Positions 43,364 to 54,788 are shown, numbered from the stretch's first letter. The stretch: DNA of 64,000 bases from Spirochaetota bacterium (GCA_965208615.1 CBDBPB010000003.1:98188-162187); one strand, 5' to 3'. Program-made: numbers and translations. The notes: generated by a model from the sequence alone, not told the origin.

Positions 43364-44038
43364 TTAAGAAAATGAACGATAAATAATTAATCCCCCCATC
43401 AGCATAACCAATATTCCAGAAACTGTATACAGCTTAGATCTAAGCCATCCGCCTATTAATGATGTAATCTTTCCGGTTAATAGCATTGCAGGCATGGTAG
43501 AGATACCAAAAATTAATAAAACCATCATCCCAATAAGGAATCCCTCAACAGGACTGTTAACCCCAGCTCCTTTGTTTAATGCAAAAAGAATAGCCGTATA
43601 AACAGCTCCACAGGGCAAAAACCCTAATATAATACCCATAGGATAGTATAGCCCACTAGACTTTGTACTAGATAGAAACTTGATCCCCTTATGAACAGCA
43701 CTAGAAATAAAGTTTATCTTCTCCAAATACTTAAACGCTGGTAGCCATCCCGATAAAGATAAACCCATAACTACCATCAAAATACCAACGAATAACATAA
43801 CATAATTCTGATAGCCTTCTATAGATTCAGTGACTATAACCATGGAGCCAATTAGTCCAGCTATCCCGCCTATAAAGCCGTATGTAGTTATTCTCCCAAG
43901 GTTGTAAAGTATATGGGGTATAAGCCTAGACTTTCCCAAATTAATAGAATAAGCCATAACTATAGGTCCGCACATGCCTATACAGTGTCCAAACCCCACT
44001 AGTAAACTGGCAGTTATAAATAAGTATAACTCATCCAT
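43364..44038 (-). CDS. DsbD_2/TauE-like membrane protein of cbb3 assembly clusters
   Basis: GHCIGMCGP, YNLGRITTY, GFLPCGAVY. Confidence 0.88.
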   Translation of the reverse strand: MDELYLFITASLLVGFGHCIGMCGPIVMAYSINLGKSRLIPHILYNLGRITTYGFIGGIAGLIGSMVIVTESIEGYQNYVMLFVGILMVVMGLSLSGWLPAFKYLEKINFISSAVHKGIKFLSSTKSSGLYYPMGIILGFLPCGAVYTAILFALNKGAGVNSPVEGFLIGMMVLLIFGISTMPAMLLTGKITSLIGGWLRSKLYTVSGILVMLMGGLIIYRSFS

Positions 44039-44044
44039 ATAATA

Positions 44045-44485
44045 TTACTTTGCATTCTCTACGTCAAAGTAGAACTTACTATCCCCTATACCCGGTATAG
44101 TAATAGTAGCCTCCCATAGGGTATGTCCACTTTTACACTTGACAATAGTCCCCTTGCCAGAGTATACATTCTTAGACTCACTATTTAGAGTTACCCTGTT
44201 TAAACCCATATCCATAGCAGGCATGTTAAGATCAAGAATTAACTTTTTATAAATCTTATCAGCTTTTTTAAGAGTAACTCTAAAATTAAGCTCCTTCATA
44301 CTCAAAACAGGCTTTGGAGTTATATCCAGCTCTAACTCAATATTTCCTAATTTCTTACTGCATAGTCCACTACTTATCAAACAGTCAGCAGACTTGTTGG
44401 TTTTATGCTTGTCTGCCTTGCCAGAACAGGCATATAAAAATAACATAATTAATAAACATATAATTAATTTACTTCTATAAACCAT
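44045..44485 (-). CDS. FixH/YtkA-like lipoprotein
   Basis: Lipobox LYAC, MPAMDMG, C...W; sits in the ccoG cluster. Confidence 0.65.
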   Translation of the reverse strand: MVYRSKLIICLLIMLFLYACSGKADKHKTNKSADCLISSGLCSKKLGNIELELDITPKPVLSMKELNFRVTLKKADKIYKKLILDLNMPAMDMGLNRVTLNSESKNVYSGKGTIVKCKSGHTLWEATITIPGIGDSKFYFDVENAK

Positions 44486-44895
44486 TTTTTCTCCGTATTA
44501 ATAATATCCGAGTCCAACTCGACCCTGAATAACCATATACCCTTTTTGGGAATGTCTATATCCGCACTATATACTCCTGAAAGTTCTTTTAGAGTATAAG
44601 TTTTATCATAGTTCTGTGTTTTGCTATTCCCAATAAATAGGGTTGCTTTAGCAGATAGAGGCTTATCTTTAGCAGTTATCTCAGTAATAAATTTTGACTT
44701 TCCAACTTTTAAATTCTTAGGCTTAGTTATCCACAAACCAAGTTTTTGTTCTTGTTCAAATGTCTTAGTATAATTTTTAGCTTTTTCGTAATAGTTATCA
44801 ATCACCATACCACTATTATGGTTAATAGCGGATACAACGGTTAATACCAATAAACTACCAAAAAATATGTATAGACCATATATAAATATTTTCAT
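44464..44895 (-). CDS. FixH/CcoH-family protein
   Basis: N-terminal TM, GMVIDNYYEKAKNY, GVYSA...KGIW; directly after ccoG. Confidence 0.78.
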   Translation of the reverse strand: MKIFIYGLYIFFGSLLVLTVVSAINHNSGMVIDNYYEKAKNYTKTFEQEQKLGLWITKPKNLKVGKSKFITEITAKDKPLSAKATLFIGNSKTQNYDKTYTLKELSGVYSADIDIPKKGIWLFRVELDSDIINTEKKWFIEVN

Positions 44896-46013
44896 TTATA
44901 AGAACTCCTTTTTTTATATAATATATTATTCCTGTTTTTCAAAGCAAAAATAACCTTATCAGGTTTGTCCTTAGGCTTTGTTAAAGCAACTCTAATAGCA
45001 CCTCTCTTTTTTGAATACGGAGGTACATCAATATTACTATCCCCTATTATAATGAAAGGCTTTTGGACAGATATAATAAAATCTATAGGACTACTTTTAC
45101 TATTCGTTACAGAATAACTATATACATTTAGACTTTTATGAGGTTGCTTATAATCTCTGGTTATAAGAAAGTCAACCTCAGAAGTTAACATGCTAAGTAC
45201 AACTAAGATAGCAAAGAAAAGTGCAGTAATACCACTGAGAATATATATCTTGGTACGCCTTACCTTTCCTTTGTAGCCTATAAGAGGCAATATATTCTTA
45301 GGCTTTGTCATACTAACACAAGCATCAATACACTCAGCACATGCAACACACTCTTTTTTTAAGCCATCTTTAATTTTAATCCCAACAGTACAAACCTTTA
45401 CACAAAGATCACACTGTCCACATTCTTTATCCCGACTTTTATCATAAGCCACAACAACAGTATCTTTGTCAAATATAGCATTTTGTAACATAGAGTATGG
45501 ACAAACAGTTCTACAAAACTTTCTACCCAAATAAGCAAGCTCAGCATATATAATTACCCAATCTACAATAAAGAATCCTAAAATTACATTATTAGAAAAC
45601 AAGTTTTTCATAGTCTCTAATGGCGGCACAAAATACCATATCAACGACAAAGACGCAACAGCAGATATAATTAATAGTATAAAGTTTTCTATTATACTTT
45701 TTTTCTTTTTCGATCTTGTAAACCATCCCGCAACTATAGCGGATATATAAAGAAACACAGTTTGTGGACATAACCATCCACACCATACTCTACCCAGTGC
45801 TACAGTAAATAATACGATTAGCATTAAGATAAATATACTGGCAATAAGAAAAAGGTAAAACTCCTCCATCCATATTACAGAACCAAAAAAGTGTAGCTTA
45901 AAATTAACTAAATCGAACCTAAAAGCACTTTCGCCATTAATTTTTATAAAAGGAATACCAAGAATAAGTAAGCTCTGAAAAAGCATAGCAAGTTTACGGA
46001 ATCTCTGCCACAA
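44892..46013 (-). CDS. ccoG: cbb3 oxidase accessory 4Fe-4S membrane protein
   Basis: GRVWCGWLCPQT, FCRTVCPY, CGQCDLCVKVC, CVACAECIDAC. Confidence 0.88.
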   Translation of the reverse strand: MWQRFRKLAMLFQSLLILGIPFIKINGESAFRFDLVNFKLHFFGSVIWMEEFYLFLIASIFILMLIVLFTVALGRVWCGWLCPQTVFLYISAIVAGWFTRSKKKKSIIENFILLIISAVASLSLIWYFVPPLETMKNLFSNNVILGFFIVDWVIIYAELAYLGRKFCRTVCPYSMLQNAIFDKDTVVVAYDKSRDKECGQCDLCVKVCTVGIKIKDGLKKECVACAECIDACVSMTKPKNILPLIGYKGKVRRTKIYILSGITALFFAILVVLSMLTSEVDFLITRDYKQPHKSLNVYSYSVTNSKSSPIDFIISVQKPFIIIGDSNIDVPPYSKKRGAIRVALTKPKDKPDKVIFALKNRNNILYKKRSSYK

Positions 46014-46102
46014 AACGCTTACCTCAATATAATTTTAACAGTATAAGAAAATTAATATATTAAAAATATAAACTATTGTAATAAAGGCAAGCTATATTAT
46101 AA

Positions 46103-46651
46103 TTACCCTAAAGCTATTTTCTGAAGTTCTATATAATCGGCACCTTTATAGGTTAACCTGCTCTCCATAAGGCTAAAATAGCTTATGTTAATACGTCCAA
46201 AAGACATATCCCTATTGTTATATAAAAAATGGTATAGCTTATTAGGTATGTTTTTTTTTAATCTAGCAGTGGTTAAATGTGGAGAATAGGGTCGTCCTTC
46301 CCTTTTAAAGCCTATATTAGCCATACTATCTTCTATTAGCCTAACTAATCCAGTAAGTAATAATAAATTGCCTTCTATGCCTATCCATAACACTTTGGGA
46401 TTTGTTAAACTTGGAAACCCTCCTAAGCCAACTAACTCTAAGCTAAAACTTGAATGCTTAATATTAGCTAACTCCTCTTTAATACTATTTAGGAAAGCTA
46501 TATCCACCTCACCAAGAAACTTTAACGTTAAGTGAATGTTCTTTGGAGTAACCCATTTTATATTTTTATAGGTCTTTTTTAGCGGTAGTATAAAAGACTC
46601 TATTTTTTGTATTATAATACGATCCAACTGGCAGGCAATAAATAATCTCAT
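46103..46651 (-). CDS. thpR: RNA 2',3'-cyclic phosphodiesterase
   Basis: MRLFIA, HLTLKFLG, PHLTTAR (2H motifs). Confidence 0.93.
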   Translation of the reverse strand: MRLFIACQLDRIIIQKIESFILPLKKTYKNIKWVTPKNIHLTLKFLGEVDIAFLNSIKEELANIKHSSFSLELVGLGGFPSLTNPKVLWIGIEGNLLLLTGLVRLIEDSMANIGFKREGRPYSPHLTTARLKKNIPNKLYHFLYNNRDMSFGRINISYFSLMESRLTYKGADYIELQKIALG

Positions 46652-46661
46652 TATAACTCTT

Positions 46662-48662
46662 TTACTGATTCAAAAGCTTAACTGCTTTCTTCTTTACGGA
46701 TATATTTTTGTAATATAGAGTATAATTAACTAAATAGTCGGATAGCTTATTAAAATCAGCCAATAACTCTGGATGGCTTTTTGTAATATCCTCAAGGCTA
46801 TTAATCCCTAAGCCTAACTTTAAAACTTTATTCCTGGTTACAGCAAAGTCTTTATAAATAGCAGTCCTTCTGGGAAGTAAAACAAATCGATCAGTGTTAA
46901 AATCCTTAGTAAGCAAACTTTGTCCCATAAACGCAGTTCTATTTTCGCTTATACCTAAAAGGGATAAAATAGTAGGAGCAATATCTAACTGTGATCCAAT
47001 ACGGCTTTCTATCATTTTGCTCTTAGTAATAACCTTAGGATTATAAATAATCAAAGGTATTGAACTAAGCTCTATAAAGTTCCTTTTTTTAATACCAGGA
47101 AGACCATTTATATTTACAGGAGCGGCGTGATCAGCAGTTATAATAAAAATAGTATTATCAAACTCTGGTAGTTTTTTACACTTTTCAATAAAGTTAGCTA
47201 TACTCTCTATGGAGTAGTTAAAGGTATTTAAAAAGTTCTTATCTCTAATATTAGGGTCAGTAGTAACTTTTGGAACCCCTGATTTGGGGTAATAAGCAAA
47301 CGGACTATGATTTATACTACTAACAAAGCTTAAAAAATATGGCTTTTTCTTATCATATCCCTTTAAATATTTATACATAACCTCAAGCATATCATGATCA
47401 GGAAATCTATCATGGTATAAAATATATTTTTGATCCTCATTAAGACCAAACTCTTTTTTAAATATAAGAGGATCATAAACAGAGTTATGTCCAATGGTAT
47501 TTAACATATGCCCAAGGCTAAACCAATACCTCGGAGCAGAACTAAATGCCTTTGTAAAATAGCCGTTTTTTCTTAAAATATGAATTAAAGAAATGTTAGT
47601 TTGATACTTTTTATATAAATTCATTATCCTTGGATATGATGAGTAAAATATAGCTTCTAAACCACCAACAGATAAAATACCAGAAGAGTAAAAATTATTA
47701 AAACTTAAGCCATCTCTCTTAATTTTTAGGAATTGCTCACCAATAACCTTATCTTTAACTTTAAGTCCTGCAATATTAGAAGACGCTGACTCAATAATAA
47801 ATAAAATAACATTATACTTTTTAGGTATAGCAATTTTATTATTGATAGAAACAGGGTCTTTTTTCTTCCTTGCCAATAAAACATTTTTACCCAAAGTGCT
47901 ATAATTACTTGTACTATAGAGTTTTTGTCTTAAAAAGTCAAGGTCAATAGTTTTTATATTAGTAGTAATATCTTGTTGTTCTTTCTTAACCTTAATATAA
48001 CTATCAACTATATTAAGAATAGGAGCTTGGCTTAATTCTCTAACCTCAAAAGGAAAAGCAAAGACTTTTCCTACACCTTTACCAGCTATAGTTACTATGA
48101 TAAAAACAGAAAAAATAAATAGCACTACACGCTTATTCAACTGGTTAAACCACTTTTTAAAAAGCTTTTGCCATAATAAAAATAAAAAGATAGTAACTAT
48201 TATTTCAATCAAAATAAGAAGAAACGGTACCTCCATGTTAATAGCGTTAAAAACATTGGCAATATCAGTAACCTGTAATGCTTCTTCGTAACTAGGTAGT
48301 TTACCAAAAAAATTAAAAAAATGGAATATTAAAATGTCTGCAGTAAATACAATGAATAAAAGACTATAGAGAATAATTTTAAATCTACCCAAAAATGACA
48401 GGATAAATAATATACTAAATAATAGCGATACATTAATCAAAGCTAAAAACTTTGACTCAAGAACTAACCACAGATAACTAGCCCATGAGGAAGTCTCTAC
48501 ATAAATAGGATAGCCCTTTCCCCAAAAAGCAGGTACCACCATAATAATAAAAAGCTTGATTATATAAATAGCTAATATAGCACTAAATAAATATATAATA
48601 AACGGTAATAAAAATTTATTATATCCTAAGATCAGCCTATCTTTAAACTTTGAATCCAACAT
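46662..48662 (-). CDS. LTA synthase/sulfatase family membrane protein
   Basis: About five N-terminal TMs, NVILFIIES, NHSPF, ITADH, SQLDIAPTIL. Confidence 0.85.
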   Translation of the reverse strand: MLDSKFKDRLILGYNKFLLPFIIYLFSAILAIYIIKLFIIMVVPAFWGKGYPIYVETSSWASYLWLVLESKFLALINVSLLFSILFILSFLGRFKIILYSLLFIVFTADILIFHFFNFFGKLPSYEEALQVTDIANVFNAINMEVPFLLILIEIIVTIFLFLLWQKLFKKWFNQLNKRVVLFIFSVFIIVTIAGKGVGKVFAFPFEVRELSQAPILNIVDSYIKVKKEQQDITTNIKTIDLDFLRQKLYSTSNYSTLGKNVLLARKKKDPVSINNKIAIPKKYNVILFIIESASSNIAGLKVKDKVIGEQFLKIKRDGLSFNNFYSSGILSVGGLEAIFYSSYPRIMNLYKKYQTNISLIHILRKNGYFTKAFSSAPRYWFSLGHMLNTIGHNSVYDPLIFKKEFGLNEDQKYILYHDRFPDHDMLEVMYKYLKGYDKKKPYFLSFVSSINHSPFAYYPKSGVPKVTTDPNIRDKNFLNTFNYSIESIANFIEKCKKLPEFDNTIFIITADHAAPVNINGLPGIKKRNFIELSSIPLIIYNPKVITKSKMIESRIGSQLDIAPTILSLLGISENRTAFMGQSLLTKDFNTDRFVLLPRRTAIYKDFAVTRNKVLKLGLGINSLEDITKSHPELLADFNKLSDYLVNYTLYYKNISVKKKAVKLLNQ

Positions 48663-48719
48663 ACCTCTCCTTAATTTAAAATACTCAAGTTATATTTATA
48701 ACTTTTTACCAATAAATTA

Positions 48720-50084
48720 CTATGTATTATAGTATAAAAATACCTCACCAATTAAAACTGCAGTATTCCATATGGAATGGGTTATTATAGGGCTAACTAA
48801 GCTACCAGACTCCTCATAAACCCATGCAAGTAATATTCCAAGACCAGATATAGAGATTAATAAATTAAGATCAAGGTGTACTATTCCAAATAGTAAGCCG
48901 CTAACAAATGCTGCACCCATAAAACCCAATCTTTTTCTGAATAAAGAAAAAATTACTCCTCTAAAAAGAAGCTCCTCGAATATAGGGGCGATTATAGACG
49001 ACATGAAAAAAATCAGTATTACGGATATAATTGTATTATCGTTTGGGAATAGACTAAATATATAGTTAGTTTTTGGATTTTCCTCCATAAAAAATATACT
49101 GCTTATAAGTCCAAGTAATATTACAATAGGGAAAGCAAGAAAATATCCTTTAAGCCCTTTAATCACCTTTTCGTAGGATATATACATATTTTCTTTTATA
49201 AAACTTTTTATAGATATTCCACTTTTTGCCAAAAAAAAGTTTATAATATAAATACCTGCAATAACAGAGAGTAAATAGCTAATAAATAAATAAAATAAAT
49301 CCCTTTCTACAGAAGGAAATAACCTATGCAATAAAAATGAAATAGTAATTGATACGGAAAACCATAAAATAAAAATACCATAACCATCAACAAGATAGTT
49401 TATATCCCCCGAAATAGGCTTATCTATTCTCTTTAACTTAGTTATCTGTATAACAAAAAGCACTATCCCGATTATAAAGGCAAATAAGAAAAATAAAGAA
49501 TAAACTATAATATATTTAAAAAATGATACGGCAGAACTCTTTATTTGAGAATCTATAATATCCATTTTGTCAATGTTATTCGTCAATTTGTAGTATTTAC
49601 TAAGGATATGTTGTCTATACCATTTTTTAGTAAAAGTTTCTTTTATTATATATGTTGGATAGTCCTTAGGTTTAATGTTTTTTTCTTGTATTATATTGCT
49701 TAAAAGGGATATTATTTCTTCATGTTTTACTTTTTGGAATAGAGTTTTAGTTTCTTTTAGTTTTTTTATAAGGTATAGAGCCTCATCTTTTTGGTCTAAA
49801 AAGTCCAATATAACGGTGAAATGTAAAAGTAATATAGCATTACTAAATGAATCTGGAGGTTTAATAGTATGTTTTAACACTTCACTTAGCTCTTCTACTC
49901 CTCTATCATCCGCTTTAAGGAACTCTCTAACTCCCTCTATGGATTTCACTTGAAAAAGTATAAGCTTTTCATTTATCATTTGTTTTTGTTCGGTGTTATA
50001 GCCATCATTATCAGACATAGTAATTAGCATAACGATAAGGTATACCGATATTAAAAAATAAGTTATTAGTTTTTTATTAACCAT
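48720..50084 (-). CDS. CPBP (Abi/CAAX) intramembrane metalloprotease
   Basis: APIFEELLFRG, FGIVH, HSIWN. Confidence 0.9.
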   Translation of the reverse strand: MVNKKLITYFLISVYLIVMLITMSDNDGYNTEQKQMINEKLILFQVKSIEGVREFLKADDRGVEELSEVLKHTIKPPDSFSNAILLLHFTVILDFLDQKDEALYLIKKLKETKTLFQKVKHEEIISLLSNIIQEKNIKPKDYPTYIIKETFTKKWYRQHILSKYYKLTNNIDKMDIIDSQIKSSAVSFFKYIIVYSLFFLFAFIIGIVLFVIQITKLKRIDKPISGDINYLVDGYGIFILWFSVSITISFLLHRLFPSVERDLFYLFISYLLSVIAGIYIINFFLAKSGISIKSFIKENMYISYEKVIKGLKGYFLAFPIVILLGLISSIFFMEENPKTNYIFSLFPNDNTIISVILIFFMSSIIAPIFEELLFRGVIFSLFRKRLGFMGAAFVSGLLFGIVHLDLNLLISISGLGILLAWVYEESGSLVSPIITHSIWNTAVLIGEVFLYYNT

Positions 50085-50205
50085 TATAATTCCTCATTTG
50101 GATAAATTAAAACAATATAAAATTAATATTTGTTAGGTACTTCATAAAAAAAAAGTTATTTTAAATAGACGTATAATAAAAAGTATAGCTTTTTAAGGGA
50201 AAGTT

Positions 50206-50757
50206 ATGATATATAAACTTAAAAAACATAAAATAAAAATTAATAGAATATCCCTATTAGTTTTTGTTATAGCTTTAGTGTTAGGCGGTATTTATTATTG
50301 GTATTCTAACTATAGTTATAACAAGCAATTCATTTCTATTTCTCTTTATTTTTCTGATAAACACTTTTCTAAGCTACTATTAGAAAAACGTAAAATTAAA
50401 AGACAAAATACTAAAAATAATATATTAACCTCTCTAAATCAACTAATATATGGTCCACTATCCAGTAGCCACAAAAATATTATACCAAGATCAACAAGAA
50501 TTAAGTCAATGTGGTACTCCAAAGGCAACCTCTATATAAACTTTTCCAAAGAACTAGTTAAAAATATTAATCCCAAAATCAAAAATACTAATCTAGTTAT
50601 AAGTTCTATATTAACAACCCTATTTACCAGCTTTAAGAAAATTAATACGATAGAGCTGTTTGTGGAAGATAAACCCTTAAAGACAATTTTAGGTAAAAAC
50701 GAGTTTAGTAAGAGATATAAAAGAAAAACATTTATTAAAAACTTAAATAGTATTTAA
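50206..50757 (+). CDS. GerMN-domain protein
   Basis: One TM, LYF, LIYGP, IPRSTRI, INFSKE, SILTTL. Confidence 0.75.
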   Translation: MIYKLKKHKIKINRISLLVFVIALVLGGIYYWYSNYSYNKQFISISLYFSDKHFSKLLLEKRKIKRQNTKNNILTSLNQLIYGPLSSSHKNIIPRSTRIKSMWYSKGNLYINFSKELVKNINPKIKNTNLVISSILTTLFTSFKKINTIELFVEDKPLKTILGKNEFSKRYKRKTFIKNLNSI

Positions 50758-52875
50758 AAACTTATCCATAGCCTTGTTATCCCCGACAATGATTAATGAA
50801 TCTCCTCTATCAAAGACTGTATCTGGTTTAGGTAGATTATGACTATCTGAATTAGCATTTTCTATAGCGAGAATAGTAATATCATAGTTTTTTCTGGTAT
50901 CTAGAGTTTTAATACTTTTGTTTATAAAATGTTTTGGAACAGTTATATACTCAACACGGTATTTTGATGATAAATCTATATACTTTTTTTGTTCACCATC
51001 TCCAACCTTTGATATAAACTTAAATCCTGATAGGTTTTTCTTCATCACCTCTAGATTATAAACTGATAATATATCTTTTCTAGTAAGATATCCAATTAGA
51101 GTGGTATCATTATCAGATTTCACAATGGGTATTATATCCATATCGCCTTCAGCCAGCAATTCAGTACAGTATGATAAATTACTGTCTGGAAAAGCATATA
51201 CATTAGCCTCCACCATAAGATCACCAGCTATAAGCATATCCATAACCTCGTCCTCTTGGATAATAGATCTCATGTGTGATAGGCTTATAGAACCCAAAAG
51301 TTTATCATCGTCATCAACAATAAAGGCAACCTGATGATGAACATTTAGAAAACTCTCTATCACAAACCTAAATGGAGTCTTAATATGGAAGATATATAGC
51401 TTTTGCTTCATAATATCAGAAACCTGAATAGTAGACATAACCGTTTTTTCTATGCCCTCGTATAGGTTAATACCATGTTCTTTAAGTTTGACAGTATATA
51501 ATGATCCTCCTAATAAACGTTTTGTGATAAGCGAGGTAATTATGGATACAATCATAACGGGTAATATTATTTGATAATTATTAGTAGCTTCAAAAAATAA
51601 AAATATAGCCATAATAGGAGCTTGAGTAGTTCCAGCAATAATAGCCGCCATTCCTACAATGGCATAAGTATTACTATGTAAGTCAGGCACAATATATTGA
51701 AATACTACTCCCAATATTGCTCCAACAACGCTACCCAGATATAATGACGGGACAATAGTTCCTCCTGATCCTCCTGATCCTAGAGTCATAGAGGTAGCTA
51801 TAATTTTTGCTCCTAATATCAAAATAAGACCAAACCATATATCCCCAAAAAGAGTAAAATCTCCACTTTTTAATATGACATGTTCAATGGTATCATAACC
51901 TACTCCTAAAACCTCGGGTATACCAATGGCCAATAGTCCTACTATAAGCCCTCCTACAGCAGGTTTTAAAAAAGGAGGTATTTTTAATTTAGTAAAAAAG
52001 TTTTCAGTTAAAAATAGTGTTTTTATGAATGCATAACAGACTACTCCAGCGATGACAGCGAGTATTAAATAGAATCCAAATTCGTATACGTGGTTTAGGG
52101 AGTAATTTGACATAGAGTTAACAATTTCAGGAGAAAAAATAAATGGCTTATCCCCAAGATAGTCTAAGAGTTGTCTATTAGCTACAGTGGCAGAAACAGA
52201 TGCAATTATTATAGTACTAAAAGTATTTAAAGCAAAATCACCAAGGATAATTTCTAATGCGAAGAATGCACCAGCAATAGGAGCGTTAAATGCGGCCGCA
52301 ATACCAGCCGCTACTCCTGCTCCAACAAGAGTTTTTACATGTTCCTCATTAAGTTTTAGCCATCTGGCAATGGATGAGCCTATTCCCCCACCTATTTGTA
52401 CAACTGGACCTTCTCTACCAGCCGATCCCCCAGTTCCTATTGTTATTGATGAGGCAAATAGTTTACCAATAACTGTTTTAAAGCTAATACCTCCGCGTTT
52501 AGTTGCCACAGAGGTCATAACCTCTTCTACTCCCCCACCCTTTGCCTCAGGAACAAAATAATTAAGTAATAATCCTACTATAAGTCCGCCTGTCATAGGT
52601 ACAATCAAAACGATATATGGAGGTATGTTTTTTAATATTTCGAGTAATTTTTCTCCACTTAGGTCTATATTGATATTATATCCGAGTATAAGCTCACTAA
52701 GGTGTTTAAAAGCTCCTTCTTGTACCCACTCAGTTAAATACTTAAAGCCTACACTGGTAACCCCAACGATAATCCCAACTAATGCAGATACCAAAATAAG
52801 CTTTGTATGCTTAGAGATTCTTATATTACGAATAGCATTCACTAATTTGAGAAATATTCTTTTGTTACTAGCCAT
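50743..52875 (-). CDS. ClC chloride channel/antiporter with CBS pair and TrkA-C domain
   Basis: GSAGREGPVVQ, AAFNAPIAG, GGSGG, CBS repeats, C-terminal RCK_C-like segment. Confidence 0.92.
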   Translation of the reverse strand: MASNKRIFLKLVNAIRNIRISKHTKLILVSALVGIIVGVTSVGFKYLTEWVQEGAFKHLSELILGYNINIDLSGEKLLEILKNIPPYIVLIVPMTGGLIVGLLLNYFVPEAKGGGVEEVMTSVATKRGGISFKTVIGKLFASSITIGTGGSAGREGPVVQIGGGIGSSIARWLKLNEEHVKTLVGAGVAAGIAAAFNAPIAGAFFALEIILGDFALNTFSTIIIASVSATVANRQLLDYLGDKPFIFSPEIVNSMSNYSLNHVYEFGFYLILAVIAGVVCYAFIKTLFLTENFFTKLKIPPFLKPAVGGLIVGLLAIGIPEVLGVGYDTIEHVILKSGDFTLFGDIWFGLILILGAKIIATSMTLGSGGSGGTIVPSLYLGSVVGAILGVVFQYIVPDLHSNTYAIVGMAAIIAGTTQAPIMAIFLFFEATNNYQIILPVMIVSIITSLITKRLLGGSLYTVKLKEHGINLYEGIEKTVMSTIQVSDIMKQKLYIFHIKTPFRFVIESFLNVHHQVAFIVDDDDKLLGSISLSHMRSIIQEDEVMDMLIAGDLMVEANVYAFPDSNLSYCTELLAEGDMDIIPIVKSDNDTTLIGYLTRKDILSVYNLEVMKKNLSGFKFISKVGDGEQKKYIDLSSKYRVEYITVPKHFINKSIKTLDTRKNYDITILAIENANSDSHNLPKPDTVFDRGDSLIIVGDNKAMDKFLNTI

Positions 52876-52879
52876 TACT

Positions 52880-53692
52880 TTACTTTTTAACCCTCTTTAA
52901 CTCTTCTTCTGTAATACGGGATGCCTTTATGGCACCTTGATATACAGCTTCGATAACGGATCCACGAAAAGCATTTTTTTCTAATATTGATATACCTTCA
53001 ATCGTAGTACCAGCTGGAGAAGTTATCATATCCTTAAGCTCAGCCGGATGAGCTTTACTTTCTATAAATAATTTAGCGGCTCCCAAAACCACTTGCCCAG
53101 CCAGTGCTAGTGCAGTATCCCTAGGTAGACCAGCTCTAACTCCGCCATCAGCCAAAGCCTCAATAAATAAAAATACATAAGCGGGTCCACTTGCTGATAA
53201 GCCAGTTACAGCATCCATTAGGTTTTCATTTATTTCTATTACCATTCCAAGGGTTTTTAATATTTTAACTATAAATGATTTTTCATCATGGCTAAAACCT
53301 TTAGAATAAGAGATACAGCTAGCGCCCTCTCCAACTAATAAGGGGGTATTAGGCATAACTCTAACAATCTTACTATCAAAACCAATAATAGCCTCTATAA
53401 AAGAAACACTAATACCAGCACAAATAGAAAGAATAATTTTATTATATACCTTATCCTTAATGTTTGACAAAAGAAATTTAATATCCTTAGGCTTTACTGC
53501 TATAATTATTAAATCAGAAAAGTCGCATAAATCCTCTATTTCCTTAAAAGGAATAGATAGTTGTTCGGCTATTTTTTTTTTATTAGAAATATCATTATAA
53601 GCGATATTGGTTTTAGAAAGTAGTTTATTATTTAATATGGAGCTAATTAAAGCATATCCCATATTACCAAGACCAAATATACCAAGCTTCAT
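52880..53692 (-). CDS. proC: Pyrroline-5-carboxylate reductase
   Basis: GLGNMG, AVKP, RVMPNTP, SGPAY, SPAGTT. Confidence 0.96.
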   Translation of the reverse strand: MKLGIFGLGNMGYALISSILNNKLLSKTNIAYNDISNKKKIAEQLSIPFKEIEDLCDFSDLIIIAVKPKDIKFLLSNIKDKVYNKIILSICAGISVSFIEAIIGFDSKIVRVMPNTPLLVGEGASCISYSKGFSHDEKSFIVKILKTLGMVIEINENLMDAVTGLSASGPAYVFLFIEALADGGVRAGLPRDTALALAGQVVLGAAKLFIESKAHPAELKDMITSPAGTTIEGISILEKNAFRGSVIEAVYQGAIKASRITEEELKRVKK

Positions 53693-54203
53693 AATAGAGT
53701 CTCCAAATAAGTTATTAAAGAAAAATAAAATATCTAATTAAACTATGAAAGGCAAGTCTTTTATTTATTGTTCATTCATATCCATAAGGTATAGATATGA
53801 ATTGCTATAGCAATGCAGGTAAAAAGTTATTCTAAGGTAGATTATATACCTAAATTTAAAAAATATAGATAAAATCTATTTAGTAATTGTCTTAGAATAA
53901 TTCTTTATCTAAAATAACTGGAATAATTAATAATAGAACCATTGTTAATATAATATTACTCTAACCTATCCCTCCTCAACATTAAAATTATTTTTACAGA
54001 ATTAAAGAAAATAAAAGTTACTAATTATAACAATTTCTTATTATATATTAGTTAGTCCGTTTATCAAGGCCGTTTTATTTTAACTAACTATGTACAACTG
54101 AAAAATGCCTTGACAATTAATAAAAAAAGAGTATTTTTTTAACTCAAACTAATTATAAACTCCTATTAATAAAGGAAAAAATATAGTTATCAGAGGTAAT
54201 AAT

Positions 54204-54518
54204 ATGTACGCCATTGTGGATATTAAAGGTCAGCAAATTAAAGTGGAAAAAGGTAGATGGATTAAAACTCCTAAGCTTAACATAAATGATAATGAAAGCA
54301 TTGAACTTGATAAAGTACTGGCTTTTAATGATGGTACAAATAGTTTAGTTGGTTCACCATACCTTAGTGATGTTAAAGTTAAGGCTAAGGTTTTGGATAC
54401 AAAAAAAGATAAAAAAATTATTGTGTTTAAATATAAAAAAAGAAAAGACTATCGACGTAAATACGGCCATAGACAGGAGTATTCCAAAGTGTTGATAGAA
54501 AACATTGAAAAGAGTTAG
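54204..54518 (+). CDS. rplU: 50S ribosomal protein L21
   Basis: [22 protein letters not shown]. Confidence 0.97.
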   Translation: MYAIVDIKGQQIKVEKGRWIKTPKLNINDNESIELDKVLAFNDGTNSLVGSPYLSDVKVKAKVLDTKKDKKIIVFKYKKRKDYRRKYGHRQEYSKVLIENIEKS

Positions 54519-54526
54519 GAGGCTTT

Positions 54527-54787
54527 ATGGCTCATAAAAAAGGTGGTGGTAGTTCTAAAAATGGTAGAGATAGTAAATCAAAACGTCTTGGAGTAAAACG
54601 CTTTGATGGTGAAATAGTAAAAGGTGGTGCAATACTTGTAAGACAAAGAGGTACTAAGTTTTATCCCGGTTTTAATGTTGGAATAGGCTCTGATGATACT
54701 ATCTTCGCTAAGGTAAATGGTAAAGTTAAGTTTGAGAAATATAGACGTATTAAACGAAGAATATCTGTATATCCTGTAACAGCCTAA
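54527..54787 (+). CDS. rpmA: 50S ribosomal protein L27
   Basis: [21 protein letters not shown]. Confidence 0.98.
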   Translation: MAHKKGGGSSKNGRDSKSKRLGVKRFDGEIVKGGAILVRQRGTKFYPGFNVGIGSDDTIFAKVNGKVKFEKYRRIKRRISVYPVTA

Positions 54788-54788
54788 T

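Noticed and set aside
44727-44735. DnaA box TTATCCACA as a sign of oriC
   Set aside because: A single copy inside a CDS, with no cluster and no dnaA nearby.
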